DNA of 64,000 bases from an uncultured delta proteobacterium. Lineage in GTDB: Bacteria; Myxococcota_A; Polyangia; Haliangiales; Haliangiaceae. The number at the start of each line of letters is the position of its first letter. Positions within the stretch are counted from its first letter, which is position 1. Positions 62,701 to 64,000 of this stretch are shown here, in pieces. The stretch spans positions 544,001 through 608,000 of the forward strand of contig CAVUQH010000003.1 of NCBI GenBank assembly GCA_963743525.1, written 5' to 3'. The notes beneath the pieces are model-generated. The model was not told the DNA's origin and ran no database searches. It saw only the letters and a program-made list of their open reading frames with translations. Position numbers and translations under genes: made by a program.

Positions 62701-63417
62701 ATGCGCCGTGACACTATCGGTATCGCGTTGGCGGGTGCCCTCGTCGTGCTGGGCGGCGCCTGCACCGACGGCGGCGATCCGCTGATCATTCTTCAGAACC
62801 AGGTTCCCGGCGACGGGTGCACGATTTCGGCATCGCAGAGCGATACCTTCATCTCGCGCGGGCTGATCGACACCCAGGCCGACACGGGCTACGTGTTCAA
62901 CCCGATCGTGCAGAACAACGCGCTCGACCCGGCGACCAGCACTGCGCCGCCGCGCATCGCCACCATTCAGGGGGCCGATGTCTCGCTGACGGTGCAGTCG
63001 GGGTTCAACGTCAGCGTCAACGACAGCCTGCTGCACTTCACGCGCAAGTTCGGCGGCACCATCCAGCCGTCCGGCGGCCTCACCGCGTTCAGCTTCGTCA
63101 TCCTCGACAAGGGGCTGCTCGACGCCATCGCCGGCAGCCTCGCCGTCGGCGACGATCCGGTAGAGGTCAACGCCAAGATCACCATCTTCGGCAACCTCAA
63201 CGGTAGCGGTGTCGAGTCGCAGCCGTTCTCCTACCCGATCCTGGTGTGCAACGGCTGCATGAAGCGCACGGTGGGCACGTGCGACACGCTGGCGTCGGAC
63301 TTCGTCGCGTCAACCGGCGGCAAGTGCAACGCGCTGCAGGACATCTACACCGACTGCTGCACCGCGGCCGACGGCTCGCTGACCTGTCCGGCGGCGCCGC
63401 CCGTGGCCACGCCCTGA
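62701..63417 (+). CDS. Hypothetical lipoprotein
   Basis: GGGAGG RBS; GGAC lipobox; FSYPILVCNGC. Confidence 0.8.
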   Translation: MRRDTIGIALAGALVVLGGACTDGGDPLIILQNQVPGDGCTISASQSDTFISRGLIDTQADTGYVFNPIVQNNALDPATSTAPPRIATIQGADVSLTVQSGFNVSVNDSLLHFTRKFGGTIQPSGGLTAFSFVILDKGLLDAIAGSLAVGDDPVEVNAKITIFGNLNGSGVESQPFSYPILVCNGCMKRTVGTCDTLASDFVASTGGKCNALQDIYTDCCTAADGSLTCPAAPPVATP

Positions 63418-63499
63418 GTCGGGCCGCCGCGAATAACCGCCCCGGCGACCCCGGGGTACCCGTACCGTGTGATATAAGCCATTTGGGGGCGACGATCTC

Positions 63500-63856
63500 G
63501 TGTTCACCGAGCAACTGAAGAAGGTCGTAGACAACGTCAACGGCGGTGTCGCCGGCGTCATCATGGGCCTCGACGGCATCGCCGTGGAGACCTACGTGCG
63601 CGACGGGCACACGGCGGACATCAACACCATCGGGATGGAGTTCAGCTTCATTCTGACCCAGGTCAAGAAGGCCGCCGAGATCCTCGAGGTCGGGCACATC
63701 AAAGAGATCTCCATCAAGGCCGAGCAGCTGACGCTGGTGATCCGGATGCTGAGCGAGGATTACTTCATCGCCATCGGGATCGGCCCGACAGGCAACTTCG
63801 GCAAGTGCCGGTTCATGATGCGGCTGGTTTCCAGCCGCCTCGCCGAAGAGCTGTAG
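63500..63856 (+). CDS. mglC: Roadblock/LC7 protein, MglC-like
   Basis: [10 protein letters not shown] and GNFGKCRF motifs; lies downstream of pilQ as mglC does in Myxococcus. Confidence 0.75.
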   Translation: MFTEQLKKVVDNVNGGVAGVIMGLDGIAVETYVRDGHTADINTIGMEFSFILTQVKKAAEILEVGHIKEISIKAEQLTLVIRMLSEDYFIAIGIGPTGNFGKCRFMMRLVSSRLAEEL

Positions 63857-63872
63857 CCGGAGGCGGGTGGCC

Positions 63873-64000
63873 GTGCGCATCCTGGTCGTCCACGGGCCCA
63901 ACCTCAACCTGCTGGGTCGCCGGGATCCGTCCATCTACGGCGCCACCACCTTGCCCGAGATCGACGACGAGCTGAATCGGCGAGCGCGCGAGCGCGGCGC
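63873..64000 (+). CDS. aroQ: Type II 3-dehydroquinate dehydratase, 3' partial
   Basis: [23 protein letters not shown]. Confidence 0.92.
   Translation, partial: MRILVVHGPNLNLLGRRDPSIYGATTLPEIDDELNRRARERG

Overview
High-GC window that looks like a myxobacterial (Myxococcota, Haliangium/Kofleria-like) chromosome. This is inferred from the pilMNOPQ-aroKB-mglC synteny, PEGA/Ser-Thr kinases, ECF sigma/anti-sigma pair and many Cys-rich lipoproteins. Scattered single-base frameshifts in core genes suggest a long-read consensus. Layout: 1-13.3 kb holds secreted/surface genes (S1 protease, IPT/TIG, Cys-repeat, IgGFc-binding, di-haem cytochrome) plus an ECF module. 13.3-30 kb is core-like (tatD, IHF/HU, PBP1A, glpK, FHA-GGDEF). 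30.0-49.1 kb is a mosaic accessory island between convergent genes. 49.1-64 kb holds a pgsA-like gene, a vWA lipoprotein, a sigma54 activator, the type IV pilus operon, aroKB, mglC and the start of aroQ. Main signals: (1) an unannotated small membrane ORF (1911-1735, minus) with an in-frame UGA followed by a SECIS-like hairpin, a candidate selenoprotein; (2) an island built from four diverged copies of the pgsA-like 3' end and three GNAT alleles, with no integrase in view; (3) within it, a 1.8-kb cassette bounded by 40-bp inverted repeats and an orphan Rhs toxin tip with a candidate immunity gene; (4) a PilQ with a ~550-aa coiled-coil insertion.
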